Assembly: GCF_020745735.1 (NCBI RefSeq)
Contig: NC_083437.1
Coordinates: 24,242,001-24,306,000 of the forward strand
Source of the DNA: Hemiscyllium ocellatum
Lineage: Eukaryota
DNA length: 64,000 nucleotides
Direction: 5' to 3'
The notes beneath the pieces were generated by a model. That model had not been told where the DNA came from. It did no database searches and saw nothing but the letters and a program-made list of their open reading frames with translations. The position numbers and the translations under genes were made by a program. Positions 22,201 to 37,200 of the stretch are shown one piece after another; position 1 is the first letter of the stretch, and each line of letters begins with the position of its first letter.

Positions 22201-25200
22201 AAGCCATTTACTATCATTTAATGTGCACCACTGCTTTTGACTTGGATATGAGATTAATTAACGAGTTCAACTGCATGTAACCAACTCATGATGTTATGTG
22301 ATTTTAATCATCCTCTTCCACAAAACTACAAATGGGACTAGGAAATGGGGAAGAAATCGCAGCTGTTGCATAATAGCCTCCCTGAGCTGGCATCCATCTT
22401 GTGTGATTCTCATAAACTCCAAATTGGTCATTCAGATTGTTATTTACAGAATGATGGCACATTCTAAACTTGTATATCCTGTCCCCACAAACATCAGGCA
22501 CACCTGTCAGTGATTATGGCAGGCTGACCTGCAAAATATACATTCTCATGGTATAAATGGATGTCCAAATCACTTTGAGGTTTTCCAGAGTACTTGAAAA
22601 GTAGCAGAATGAATTTTTAAGCTTCTATTTAATGTGTTTGCCAGTATGTGTCAGTACAACAGCTAAAGTGTTCTGCGTTCCATTTTTTCTTAGAGCTTTT
22701 CATCAAATCCCAAAGGCTTTGATAACTCACTTGCGTCATTCACACTGTTACAGGATTCTTCTTGCATGTATAACCATGTCCTACTTAAATGGTTTCTTAG
22801 GGGCAGAAAGGCAGAAATTATTGAAAATCACAAATAATTTATTGGAAAAGACGAATATTAAGATCATAAGACGTAGAAGCAGAAGTAGAACTTTTGGCCC
22901 ATCAAATCAGCTCCACTATTCATTGAGATCATCATGGCTGATCTGATAATCCTGAACTCCACTTTCCTACCAAATCTCCATAAGCCTCGAATCTTTTACT
23001 GATTTGAAATCTATCAGTCTCAGCTTTGAATATACGTAACAACAAGAGTAAAGGAAATCCTCTTTATCTCTGGCTTAAATGAGTGATCCCTTACATTGAG
23101 ATTAAAAACTCTGGTTCTGGACTCTCCCACGAGCATGAACAATTTCCCCACATCTACTCTGTTAAGCCCCGTAATTATCTTATATTTCAATAAGATCTCC
23201 TCTCATTTTTCTAAACTCCAAGGAGTGCAGGCTCAACCTTCTTGACTTTCCTCATGAGAAAATCCCTCCACACCCTGAATCAACCTAGTGAACCTTCTCT
23301 GGACTGCCCATAATGCCACTATATCTTTCCTTCGACAAGGGGACCAAAACTGTTCACACTGTGCCAAGTGTGGCCTGACTGGTGCCGTGAGCAGTTTTAG
23401 CAAGACCTCCCTGTTTTTATTCTTCATTCTGTAAAGGGGAAGGAGATGTAATGGCTAACATGAAGATTGTTAAGGAAGGTGGAATTACAGAGCAGTGGGG
23501 AATGAATGGGGAAATGGACTGAATGGATAACTTTTCCAAATAGCCTGATTAGCCAATTAGTCTCCTCCTGCATTGCATAATTCTGATTAAAGAATGTGCC
23601 TTATATAGCAAAAAAATAGCAGTTGCAGAGTATAAAGTCCTATGATTTAGAGAGTAAAAATAATTTATCAAATCCTGACTTGACATTATTTCAGAGCTGC
23701 TTGGATTGACAAGTGTCGTCCTGATTTATTTATCTCGGAATCTACATATGCTACCACCATCCGAGACTCAAAGCGATGCCGAGAAAGAGACTTCTTGAAG
23801 AAAGTGCATGATGCAATAGAAAGGGGTGGAAAGGTATGATTGTAAATACTGCGATATGTGAAAAGTAGACCTCTTTCCTGTATACGCCACACATTGGTAT
23901 TTCAGCATTTTTAAAAACATTTATGTAAGTATAATTGCTGGCTCATCTGATTAAAGCTAAACTGAGTACGTGAGCCTGGCCTGTACTGAAGTAACTGATC
24001 CTACCCTTTACTGCTGTCCCTGGTTTCTGTGCCATTGAATCAAGTGGCCTTGACGGAAGCTGTGTGCCAATATTAAATGAGAGTAGTGTCAGTTTCTCTG
24101 GGGTATCTTTGGCATTTTCATAACCAACAGACACTGCTTTGATTAAGGGCTTTGAAAATAAGGGGGAAACCAGTGTCCACAGACTTAGACTTGATGTTAG
24201 GACAGATGAAAAGGGGTTAATGAGTAAAGAAAAAAAATGAAAATATTCAATGTTTACCATATATCATTCAGCTCAGTGGATTTGCAATTTGGTAATCAAG
24301 ACTTCTGATAAAGCAGAGTTAGCACACAGGGTGGGAGAGGCTGTGCGAGTGTGGTTCCTTCCCCAGTTTAAGGTTATAGTTTTAGTCCTCATTTTTAATA
24401 TACGCATCTATTATAACAGCTTGTGCCCACATTCAAAATGGGCACTGCCTATTCAAGCTTATCACCTCCTGAACTGGTGCTATAAATTCCATTGTAAATG
24501 TGGGAATCATTGTTGACAGGAAGTGCAGCAGATGTAAAATTTTTAATATACTACAGGTAGTTCCCCTGAGGCTTGGCAGCCTGGGTTGGAAAGACCAAGT
24601 ATGTTACTCAAGGGTCTGAATGTGACGGGACAGTTTGACAAGGCAGGAAAAGGGAAAAGAGAAAGTGGAAGAGGAGTTTGAGAGATTAGGGATTAGGTGA
24701 TGTGGTCAGGGATGTGGGAAATAAGCGCACTACTGAATGTCAGTTTAGCCTATGTACTGATAAGAGAGAATGTCTTCATTGAGCCAAGTTGATATATAGA
24801 AGGGCTTCAAAATCTTTAATCCTCGTTTTGACTTTTTATATATGTATATGATATAGAAGTCTTAGCAGTAATTCAAACTATTAGCACATATTTACAATAT
24901 ATTGAGAAAGAAAAGAAACATTAAATTTGTTTAATGTTCATAGAGCATAGCATGGTATAACACAACATTCTGATTAGTTTGGCTAATTGTCCCTGACTCT
25001 CAAGGTCAGCATTCATAATTTTCTATTTTGCTTTATGACTGGTATAATTCAGACCAGAAAGTTAATCTAATAAACAAATAAGTTGGTGGTCTGTGCCATG
25101 ATGGAGGATGAAGTGGCATTTTCAGCTGCAGTCTTTCCATCCTCTGAGACTCGGATCCATTTCTGCTGCCAGTGGAGTAAAAAAAGCCTCTAGCACCTCC

Positions 25201-28200
25201 AGATTCTTCCAGCCTTCAGCCCAAGACTGAAATTAAAGGCATTCATCCACTTTGGAATGTGTCAACAAATCCCAAAACATATGAACCTGCAATCTACCTG
25301 GGAACAGGAACAATGCATGTTCAAGTGGAACTGGCAAAATACTCAACTGTATCACTGGCTGCAACTGAGTACAAATATTTCACATTGAATAATAAAATAA
25401 TATGGAAAAACCAGTGAAAGAAGTAGTGTGTTGTCCTCGATGGAAGAAATTGCAAAGTTATTGAGTAGATTATTGAAACTATTTGATTTAGAGACAAAAA
25501 AAATCCAAAACTATAAATCAGAAACAAAAAGAAATTGGTGGAAAAACTCAGCAAGTCTGGCAGCGTCTGTGGACAGATAGCAGAATTAATGTTTTCGGTC
25601 CAGTGATCCTTCTTCAGAACCGGTTTAAAGAATTGTTTTGCTTATTGCAGGTGATTTACAATTTAAGTGAAACTCTGAAGAAACCTTGCAATATTGAATC
25701 ACTTGTTGATATTAAGCTCCTAAATTTCTCTGCAGTTTCCAGCATTTTGTCTTTTTTAAAATATTTTGTGTGGAGAAAAGTTGCAATGGTGATTCAGGCA
25801 TCTATCTTACATCTCTTATTTTTTGATCTGCCATCAACGCAGGTTATGTTAAGCTATCCTCCAATGAATGACTGTTTATTGATTTCTCACCCTCCCTTTT
25901 GTTGTCTGATCCTTTTCTAGAATGTGTCATGGTCCCTTGTGATATTCTTTAATTTTCTCCCCTCCTCCCCTTTACATGCTGGCTCATCCTGAAAGGAGTT
26001 GAGGTGGAGATCAGCCATGATGTAAATGATTCCTCAGCAGGCTGTTCCTGTATCCCACACGTGCCTGACAATCTCCACTATCCAAATCAATTTATGAGTC
26101 TGAACGGCGAGTGTCATTGTTTGCTATTGTACTGAGGAGAGACCTTATGGTGTGTTCTTTCCAGCTTTACATATGATTGTTTACCCGTAGGAGTCAGCAA
26201 GTCAGACCTCAACTCCGGCGTCTCCTCTGTTCACCCCCATTCCTCCTCTACAGGGCTTGCTGGTGCTAAAAGCAGTAGGCTGGTGAAATCTTGACATGGA
26301 CAAACGAGGGAAATTGGAATCCAGTGTTTGTCTGACCTAGTCATGTGTCCAAAAGTATCTGCACGGATTAGACATCCAGTGAAACTCAATGAATGAAACA
26401 TAAATGAATGTCGTGCTATTTTTAAAAAATGGTCAATTGGAACTTTTAACTAACGTACAATATTGCGTTAAATACAAGCCTTCTTTTTAATAGGTGCTGA
26501 TTCCTGTCTTTGCCCTTGGACGAGCCCAGGAGCTTTGCATCCTTCTGGAAACCTTCTGGTAATTTTGTCAGCTTTCAAATAAATAGTATGCCCAAAGATG
26601 GCAGAGATTATCTTTCATGACAGGAGAAAGACGGTGCCAATTAATTACAACTTCTGCTCAACTTCTAAGTTCTGACATCCGGTGCAAGGTAGTTCTGTCT
26701 GCTCAGCCTTCCTACCTTAGCCCTTCGATCACCACAGTCTCCAAAAGGAAATCAATCAATTCACCTTGTTGCTTAAGTAATTAAAGCCATTCAGATATTA
26801 AAAATAACCCCATTACTGCAGTGTTTATTTTACATTGCTTAAAGATGCTATTTTTAATTAAATATTTTAGCCATGTATGGCATAAAATATAGTTTATATA
26901 TTTTCCTTTCAGCTACACCTGTCTTGGCCTCTCTCTGCTGTAATAAATGTGATTAAACTGTTAATGTTTCTTGGGGGATATTGTTCATAGTTACACCCTA
27001 GCCCTTGCCACTTCACTCACTGTCTCTGTGTTGTCAGACTGCCTTCCAGCATCCAATCCTAGATGAGCCCAGATTTGCTCCAGTTCACCATTTTGAAGTT
27101 GTCTCTCGTCATCACTAGTTTCATCGCCCTTTCCTGACCATTGTTTTAGGCTGATCCTGAATGTTTACAAACTCAGCATCTGATGCAACCTCAAGTTGAA
27201 TTTCTAACTCCAGTCCACCCAAGCACAAAGATCAGCCCTGTCAGGAGGACACTGTGGCATAGTTGTGATTTCAATGCTTTGGAGACTTGGGTTTGAATTC
27301 TATCATGGCAGCCGGTCGAATTAAAATTCGCTTAATAAAATATCATTAATGGTGACCACGAAGCTACCATAAATATAAAATTTCATCAGGTTCATAGTAC
27401 CCTTTGGGAAATATATCGGCTATCCTCACCTGACCAGACCTATGTGTGACTCCAGATCCACAGCAATGTGATTGACATTGGTCTTGAACTGAATGACTTG
27501 CTTAGCCAATGAAAGATAGTCAACAAAGGCTCATGAAAGAACAAAGATACTCATCATCCCATTACATTGCCTTTACTCAGCTCATCTACATCCAAATCGT
27601 CCTCCTGTCCTTTGTCATTTTCAGAATACTTTCTTGATTAGGTTAAATTTAAGCTATGCAAAGCTCATCTACCTTTTCTCTGCAAATTTCTGCAACTCTT
27701 CAACATTTGCAAATGTATTGTTTTTCTATATCTGTCCTCTAATCCTTGCCCCTTCTAAATTTTCAAGTGCATAATTCCCTGAAAGTGAGAGATGAGGTCG
27801 ATGTATAGTTATAAAAGATGCCCAGTAGCAATTTGGAAAATAAGAATAACATTAGAACTCCCATGTGTTTCCTTGACTTCCATTGAATGAGTCAAGGTAG
27901 ACCTCTTGCCCAAGCCTTCCATGTGGCCACATTGTTGACACAGTTTTCCCTCTTTCCTGGCCCCTACCACGTCTAAATAATTCCAATTCAGAGACTCCAC
28001 GTCTGTTGTTCCCTCCAGTCCTCACAAACCAATCCTGAGTGTTTCCAGCTCCTATCTCCTTATGGTTCCTCCAGCAGTTCCTTATCATTGGTGTAGGCTT
28101 TTATTTACATATTTTTCTGCAACATCTCTCTGGATTATGTAACAAATTGAACGATAGTTGGCAGAACATCTAACAATAAAATGCCATGAGCCAGTTTTGC

Positions 28201-31200
28201 TGTGAAAATATTCATGAAGATAATCCCCTTCTCATCGCTTGTGTGTGAAGGTACAGCAGTTTTAAGAGGGACAAATGTACAGTTAAAGTACGAATGTCAA
28301 AAAGTTACTGTCCAAGACAGTTGGCTTTGTAAAACAGCATCTCCTTGTCTGCCTCACAATCAAGTAACATGATTGCCATGCAGGTGCTGAGTATGCGTAA
28401 TAGATACAAAGCCAGCTCAGATATTTAGAGTTAGTAATTAGTAGTCTAAGTACCCTTTCAACAGTGTGATAGTCATTGTTAATTACAGTCAGTCATTATC
28501 TCTGCTACTGAAAATTAACAAATTGTAAATGTGATGTCTAATTTGTTAATGTTTGTACTTAAGCAAGTTTAAAAAAGTTATTTTTTCCAACATATTTTCC
28601 TTCTCTATTTTATCTTTTTTTCTTTATCTGATCTTTCTTTCTATCTGTTGGCATTGAGTTTGCCTGCTTTAATTCGCTGTCCTTTTCAGTCATCCAGCTG
28701 AATCCTTCGTGTTAATATAAAGACAGTTTCCGAATTTGCTTGTCATGTCTACTTGCAGGGAGAGAATGAACTTGAAAGCACCCATTTACTTTTCAACTGG
28801 ATTGACGGAGAAGGCTAACCATTATTATAAATTATTCATTACATGGACCAATCAAAAAATTCGGAAGACATTTGTGCAAAGGAACATGTTTGAGTTCAAA
28901 CATATCAAGGCATTTGATAGGACATATGCTGACAATCCTGGACCAATGGTATATAACTGATATTTTCTTGATCTTCTCGTTTCAGATAATTTGTGCACAG
29001 AACTTTATTGTTCAAAAAAAGTTTTATTTTACTTTATTTGAATTGAAATTATGAGCATTTTAACTTGGACTAGATTCATATTTTGAACAGTGAAAGCCTA
29101 CATATGTCTATTGTCATTGTTGCATTGTTACAGTAAATATTTACTAAGGTGTTACTAGGGTTAGAAAGTTTTTAGTTGCAAATAGAAACCAGAGAAATTG
29201 GAGCACATTATACCAGAACTAGAGAAATTGGAGCTCATTATACCAAAGTGGAGGTAGGAGTTGATATAGCTGCTCAAAATTATATATTTTGATTAATATT
29301 ATTTTCCATTTAATCTATTGTGCTGATTTGCTACCAGTGGTCAGTTACTTTGTATCTGGAAAGCCTTCAATTAACCTAAAGAATCAAGGAGATATTCAGA
29401 GAAATCATTTCATGAGAGTTGTTAAGGGATTGAGTACCCTATCAAAAATTGAGAGAAGCAAAATTCATTATTATTGGAAAAGGAAAGTCAATAAATATTT
29501 GGAGATAGAAAATTTAAAAGGGTATGGCGTATGATTAAGAGAGTGTTATCAAGTGATTAGATCGTTCTGATAAAATGGATCAAGTAGACTGTGATGAATT
29601 TGATGATTCACTAGTTCAGTCCAGCTACTTTTGCTCTGATAATTTATTTGAACAAAGCTGAACCAACCCAGACATGTTTTTTTCAATATTTCTTTCTCAA
29701 ACCACTTTTGAATCATTTATACCAAATATGTAGTTGCATAGGTGCTGACAGTGCATCACTGAGGATTGTTTATATGTGAATGTTGGCCAACTATTCAACC
29801 ATAAAGACCATACTGTTGAATCTATCACATTGTTTTCCAGCAGGGCTTGCTGGATAGTGGTTAGACACAGGAACATTGGTTGCAGTTGTGCTTTTGCTGT
29901 CTATCCTGGTGATGCTGGAACCAATTCTAGTGGTCCAGCTATAAACTTGATGAGATTAACTAATTGGTCAAACCGAAGTCTCCATGCTCCCTGTATGGCT
30001 GAATAGTTTACAATGCTAATGGCAGATTTTGTTGTACTTGGGAACTCAATCCTACAGTAAACAAGATTCTGATAATACTTTTCTGGATGTTAAATTATTT
30101 TAAAAATCCTACTTGGAATTTTGAGGCAAAAATACCCAATTCTGAGTTAGAATTGCAAAATCTCAACCCGTCTCATTTTCAATACCTGCTCTATACCACA
30201 ATAAAAGTGAAAACTGAAATGAGTTCGAGTTTGGACTTCAGGTTTCACGTTGATTACTTGCATTTATGAATAGCTCTCATAATTGTTCAAATTATCTGTG
30301 TTAAAAGTGTTTACCTGTCCTTGATTATCAGTTGTTATACTTGAGCTGTCTTCAGCATTTTATTCTTTCATTAGATTTAATGAAAGTTGTGCTTTGTAAA
30401 AATTTTAACTTTGTAATTAAAATGTGAAAGATTTTTGCAATAGTACTTGGAGATGTCCCTCGTACTAAAGGTTGACTCTTCTAGGTTGTCTTTGCCACAC
30501 CAGGCATGCTTCATGCTGGGCAGTCACTCCAGATTTTCAGGAAATGGGCAGGCAATGATAAAAATATGGTAAGGCAGCTGATCTACTGACTCCAAGTTTT
30601 TAATGTTTATCTTTTCTCATGTTTACGTTCAAAACTGTATAGCATCTGGCTGTAAGATGTTAATTTGTTCTCTCAGGTTATCATGCCAGGGTATTGTGTT
30701 CAAGGAACAGTGGGACATAAAATCCTAAGTGGCCAGCGGAAACTCGAAATGGAAGGAAGGCAAACTGTAAGCATGTCTTCATAGTGTAAATACATGGGGG
30801 TTTTAAACCTTTAGGTTTGTACAGTCCAGAAAAGACCATTGTGGTCTGTTTAAACACCATCGCCCCCCAAAAAAAGATTCTTATTGACCTGGTACTATAT
30901 CAGATTGCATCACATAAAGTTAGTTGCTTTGTAATGTAGTGACTATTGAAAACAAGTTTGCACAAAATGGGAGTGAAATGAATGAACAGTCCATCCAGGC
31001 GGAAGTGGGAACTGCAGACGCTGAAGAGAGTCAAGATTAGAGCGGTGCTGGAAAAGCACAACAGGTCAGGCATCATCCAAGGAGCAGGAAAAATCGACTT
31101 TTCGGGCAAACGCCCTTTCATCAGGAATGAGGGAATCTGAACAGTCCATTTGGCAGTATAACTTGAGGAGCTAATTTATTGCACATCCGATGAATTTCCT

Positions 31201-34200
31201 GAACTTCTTCCAAAAGTCCTATGGATTTTTAATATCCTCCTGATCTGGAGGAAGGAAGGAGTTTGGTTTCATATCTTATTTGTAAGATGGTAGTGTAGCA
31301 ATACTTAGTATTCTTCTATTATCCTCTGCAGAATTTTTCTTTATTCTAAAAGGTAATCCCACTGACCGTGATGACATTCTACTTTTTACTTAAAGATCAA
31401 TCTTGCAATAAAATCTCCTTCAACTTTTTTTTCCCTTTGGTGAGCATTCCAATTTCATTTTCTGTTCTTTTATCTAAGATCCCTAATCTCTGAATTTAGG
31501 ATTCTTCCTCTGTGTCGTCTTTAAAACCAGGATTTTCTGATTTTAATCAATGACCAAAATTGTACGTATTTCACCCAAGCTATCTATTGTTTCTTCAACC
31601 TCTCCTACAGCATTTTTCCACATCTGCCAGCTGTTATTTGGAGCTTTAATTTAACCAGATTTCCTGTAATTGGTTTGCTTAATCCCTGTTATTTGTAGCT
31701 CTTCCTTCCCCTCTGCTAAATTTCATATCATTAACAAACTCAAACAGTCTTGTTTCTGTCCTGATCCTGAATCATGTCTCTAAAATGTGTAAAACAAGCC
31801 GCATCACAGACTGCTCAGGCATCCACTGATCTCCTCCCCCTATCTTGCTGTAGCTTCATCTCCTTTGTTTCCAGTGACTCAGCCAATTTGTGGCATACTG
31901 TCGGAGCTCCTTCAGGACACCAGCTGTTTCACACACTCAACTGTTTACTCTGAATATATTTGTAAAAGTCTTCCACATTAATGGTATCTAGTATTTCTTG
32001 TTGTTTTAATCATAAATCTCCACTTCATTATTTCTGATCAGTTTCTCAACCTATTTTCATCTCTACCTCGATCCCTAGATATATGCATGTGGAAGGTTAT
32101 TCTTTCTTTTGTTAGTAAATCAGCATTGTCATTTGAGTCAGTTGTCTGCTTCTGGTTGTAAATATATATTGTGGGATATCCAGTGCTTTGTGTTGAAACT
32201 AGGAGAGGAGGCCTTTTCTTTCCACATCATTAGTCACATTGATCCAGTCTTCTCTTGAGCTATTTCAGTGTGAGTTACAGTGTCACAAAATAGATTTATG
32301 GTTCATTGTGTCTTAAAAATAATAACATCTTTGTACATTAAAACTAAATTTGAAATTTAAGTTTTGTTTCTTTATTCAAGATCATTTTATTTTCATTTGA
32401 TTAAAAAGAAACTTGATAAGATCACTCATTAATTCTATTGTGATGTATCCTTCCCAGCTAGAAGTGAAGATGCAGGTGGAATACATGTCATTCAGTGCAC
32501 ATGCTGACGCCAAAGGCATCATGCAACTTATCCGTCAAGTAGAACCACAAAATGTGCTGCTGGTCCATGGAGAGGCTAAGAAAATGGGATTCCTTAAAGA
32601 GAAAATTGAACAGGAATTCAGTAAGTCTTACTGCACTGTATCACTAGCTGCTGCAGGGCAAATGCAAGCTAATAAGACATTTCAGTACTTCAATCTAATC
32701 TTTTTAGGTACAAAATGTCAAGGAATGAATAAAGTAAGAATAGGGCAAACTGGCAAATCAGCATACTCTACCAGTTTGCTAACAATGGATGCTTCTTCAT
32801 CTTAATACCATTTTTTTTCTCACATTCTTTTATAAATAGTTACCTCAAAAATGCCTTAATTAGTTCTACTGTGGTGGACGGACATGCCACATTCTCTCAT
32901 CCTCGTCCACAAAGAAACTGCTTCTGAATTTCCTTTTAGTTGACTTCGTTCAAGTTTTCAGATATTGGATTTTTAAATTTAGATTCCAATATACCATGTA
33001 ATGTTTTTCCCTCCTCTGTACTTTATTCCTTGAAGTTGGATCACCCCTTAACCTTGCAGTCTTTCGCTATAGCTAAATCCCAACATCACGATGATACGTT
33101 ATTACTGTTTCACACCAGAAAGACTTTGGCCTCCTTAAGTTGGGACAGGCAACACCCTGTGGGGAAAATAGGAGCAGGCATTGGACACTAATTCAAACAC
33201 TTACTTATATATTCTGTACGTTTTGTGATTAATTCCTTTTTTTGCCTAAATCTCTTCTGTGCTTCTTTATATCCACAGCAATCTCACCTTTCTTTCTTGT
33301 ACCCAAAATGTACTACCTCACAAGGTTGTTTGCTACTGTCATTCACTTAATTGATCCATCCTCTTCTTAAACTTCACTGTAGTTCTCAGCTTAACATCAT
33401 TTGGAAGATTGGAAATATTCTTTTCCATGTACAAATATAGATCATTTGATATAAAGTGTAGAGCTGAGATCACAGCAGCAAATCTGCAGGGTTCCACTTG
33501 TTGAACCATAAAATATTTAATATGTTTGCCTTATAGCTCCTAATCACTTTTTTCTATCCTACATTTTAACAGTGATCTCTTATGGAGAAACATATTCAGA
33601 TACATTTTGGCTGAAACATCTGATATTTTTTGGGCTTTGATCAACCTGATGTTATGATTAAGCACACATTGCCGTTTGCATGTCTGGAACCTAGATTTGA
33701 ATCTGTTCAGTCAGCTTGCATAGGGGTGTCCTCTCTGTCAGCTTTAGCGATCTCATGTAAAATTACTTTATGTAGCATCAGTCTTGGTGTTTGTGTCCAA
33801 ACCCTAGACCAGCCCACATTCTGGGATAGAATGATGCAGTAGGGGTGTTGTTACCAGGCTTAGTAGAGTGAGTTATAGGATATAAAAACAAAGAAGTGTT
33901 TAAAGGAATTTCTGAAGTAGTGGTCAATGCCTGCTACTATTTTTCCATATGGATGTTGCCTGCCCCATCTAAATGAACAAAGTACTTTTGAGTTATAGCA
34001 GCATTAATCATCATCTTGCTCAGAGAGGCATAATATGAAAAAAATGTCCAAAGCTTAAGCATTTTTTGTTCTTGATTACTGACAGCGCTAACTTCAATCA
34101 GCACAAAAGAAGTATCCCCAAAAGCTCATGCCTAAGAAACCTTTCTTTCCTCCCTATGTAATTTTACTCATTTCATTGTCTGGCTGGAATGAAGCTGAAA

Positions 34201-37200
34201 CCCTTCCTAACTCTGGGACTTCCAATCAACGAAACGTTTTCTTTGTTTCCATTTGGTAACAAGTAGCTCATAAATGTAATCTATTGTCACTGTCACTAAA
34301 CATGCTCCTCAAATGTGCTAATTCCCATTTAGGAATGTTCCTGCCCATTCCACCTGTCTGGTTTCTAATTGCCTGATCTGACCTTTCATCCTGTGCATCT
34401 AGGTGTCATTTCATCGTGAACATAAAATTTTGAGTGTAATATCAATCTTCTTGTGATTTTGCTTGCATAACACGATATATGTTTTTACTTAAAAGTAGTG
34501 GAAAATGAAATTTTAAATCTTGTCTTTTTTTTTTGTCCAGGTATTAATTGCTACATGCCAGCCAATGGAGAAACAGCATCAATAGTTACTAATCCCAATA
34601 TTCCAGTGGATATTTCTCTTGGTTTGCTCAAGGGCGATTCAAGTCTTGGTAACTGAATTGTTCTTAACCTTAAGGTTTAGTAAACAGCCTACTTAAGTTT
34701 TAAGAACCTGAAGTTCTCTGTTTAAGTAAAAGTATAATTGAATTATGGCTCATTTGTTTCATGTATTGCCTGGCATGGAACTGAGGCATCAAGCAAGATT
34801 GCCCAGTTCAGTTCCTAGGTCTCTTTGTGGAGGTGGAACACACAGATAATTCCAATGTAAGAGTTGTGTGGGCAACCAGTTTGGCTCACTTCCTCGTATT
34901 ATCAGTAGGAAAAATTCATGTGCTTGGGTATTGACAAAGGGAAGGCTGAAGTTTGAAATGATGTACACATTCATCAAATAGGTTACCAACACTGATTATC
35001 TGTACTCACCTGCAAATGAAACATCATAGTTTGTATCATTGTTAGTTATGCTCTTTGTCAGCGTGAGTCCTTAATGCAGCACGGAAAAAATAATTAAAGT
35101 AGAAAGGATGTGTGTTTATATTGTACCTTTCACAGCGTGTCCTGCAGCCCATGAAAGTACTTAGAAAGTTTAGTCATTATTCTAATATAGGAAATACAGT
35201 AGCCAGTATTTCCATTGCAACATCCCACAAGTAGTAAACTGACAATGATCAGAAGATCAGGTTTATTGAAAATTGAAGCATTTTGGCCATGTTCACCTGC
35301 TGTTCTTCCTGTAGAGCCATGGTAGTTCATTATGTTCACTGCGAGTGGACTTGGTTTAATGTCAAACCCAAGAGTTCACCCCTTTGCTAGTCCCTACTAC
35401 TGCGTTGAAGTGGTTGCCTAAATTATACACTTAGGCCTCTGGTGTGCAACTTGAGTACCCAATCTTCTGACTCAGGTGAGTGACACCTCTGACCGAAGAC
35501 TGACACAACTAAAAGCAGTAAATCTGATGTGAAAATTTGGTTATTAGTTTCCAGTAAATGTACAGAAAGGAGAAGATGCTTATAATGTCTGTTTTAAATG
35601 ACAACTGGACCCTGAAGTGCTTTACAGTCAAAGAACTGTAGTCACTGTTGTAATGTGGAAAATGGGCAGCCCAATATACCAGAGCAAAATCTTGCAAACA
35701 GCAATGTGATAATGACCAGATAATCTGTTCTTGTGATGTTGACTGAAGGATAAATATCAGCTAGGATGCTGGGGAGTACTAATTCATTTCACATTAAGCA
35801 AACTAATAATTTTTCTGTCTTTAAAAGAGTTAAAAGCAGGTTGTTATTTTTAAACCGTGGGCAGCTTTCTTGTGGTGATGCTGATAGCTCTTTAATGAGG
35901 AGAAGGACATCGTACAAGATCGTTCACCATGTTTATCTTGGCCTATCCCTTTAAAGCACAAGGTATAATTGTTATTGAGTCAGTTAGTGGCTAAAGACAG
36001 ACTTTCTTTAACAAGTAATCAGTTGAGAGTTTTGGCATTCCATACTAGGTGTGATGGATGCATCGCCAATAAAATACCGTAGATCTCGTGTGAAATTACT
36101 GGATGATGTGGAGTTTATAACAGTAGAGGTGATAGTAAAAGCATGATGCAAAGACTCTATAAGAATGCAGGAAATCGAGATTAGTGGATGGGTAAGCAAA
36201 TTTTCTTTCATTGTCCTTTCACATCTGAGGCTAGGATTCTAACATGGGCAATGGGATTGATATCTGCAATGGACCTAAGTCAAATTCATCTTCGGATGTC
36301 ATGCTTTACAATGTCATCAATCGTGATTTTCTGGTTTCTTTCTCCTCCATGTGTGTCCCAGGAATTGTACTTTTTTTTGGTAATCGTTTGTAAAAGTTCT
36401 TTGTCTGCTGTCTTCAAACCTTCCTCATTGATTGTGGATGTTATCCAACTAATCCTCATCATGCATCTCATAATCCACATCTCTGTAGCCTTTAACTTGC
36501 ATTGTCTGCCCTATGTTCCAGCATGGTCTCAATATAATAACAGACCAGATGTAGTGTTTCTGAAATCTCATTCTAATATCCATAGAGGTGCTCTTTATTT
36601 TAATAAAGTGGTCCAACATTTTAGTGCAAGTTTGTAAAGTAAGTGATACATGCTGCTTGATATCTTGATAACTTTCATGAAGTGAAATAGCTTAGCTATT
36701 TCAAACCAATTTCTAGCGAATGAAAGTCCTCACCACAACACTTCCTTCATCTGCACCAGTTGAGATCATGGTTTGTTACAATCTGGCTAACCACAACAAT
36801 AGGTGATGTACAAAATGGAAATATCATGTGTGTGTAGTGGAGGTTTTGCCATTGTGGTTGGAAGCTTAAGCTGCATTGTTTTGATAATGTTGAAGCATCT
36901 TCCCTGTGAATATTAATGGGTAAGACAACACTTAACCATGTACAAATAGAAGATGGGTTCATACTTGTCACTGATGTTTTGATTTTCTTATATACTGTTC
37001 AGGGACCAAAGACTCAATAGAATGGCAGGTTAGTACAAGATAGTATTACAGGAGGCAACTTTCGACTTGTATTCAGAGAGTAGACAAGTAGCAACTTGAG
37101 GACATGGGAATTTGAGCCTGTACTGGGCACTGCAGTTGAAAAGCTGAAGAAGAATTAAATTATTTACGTTGCATTAAGGTAGCATTCTATATAGTGTCTC

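Noticed and set aside
28949-28956. GTATAT donor as a U12-type intron
   Set aside because: Does not match GTATCCTT, and no U12 branch point was seen.
29591-29640. GTGATGA...CTGA as an intronic C/D snoRNA
   Set aside because: Only about 50 nt, no terminal stem and no recognisable guide; it sits at the end of a decayed LINE tail.
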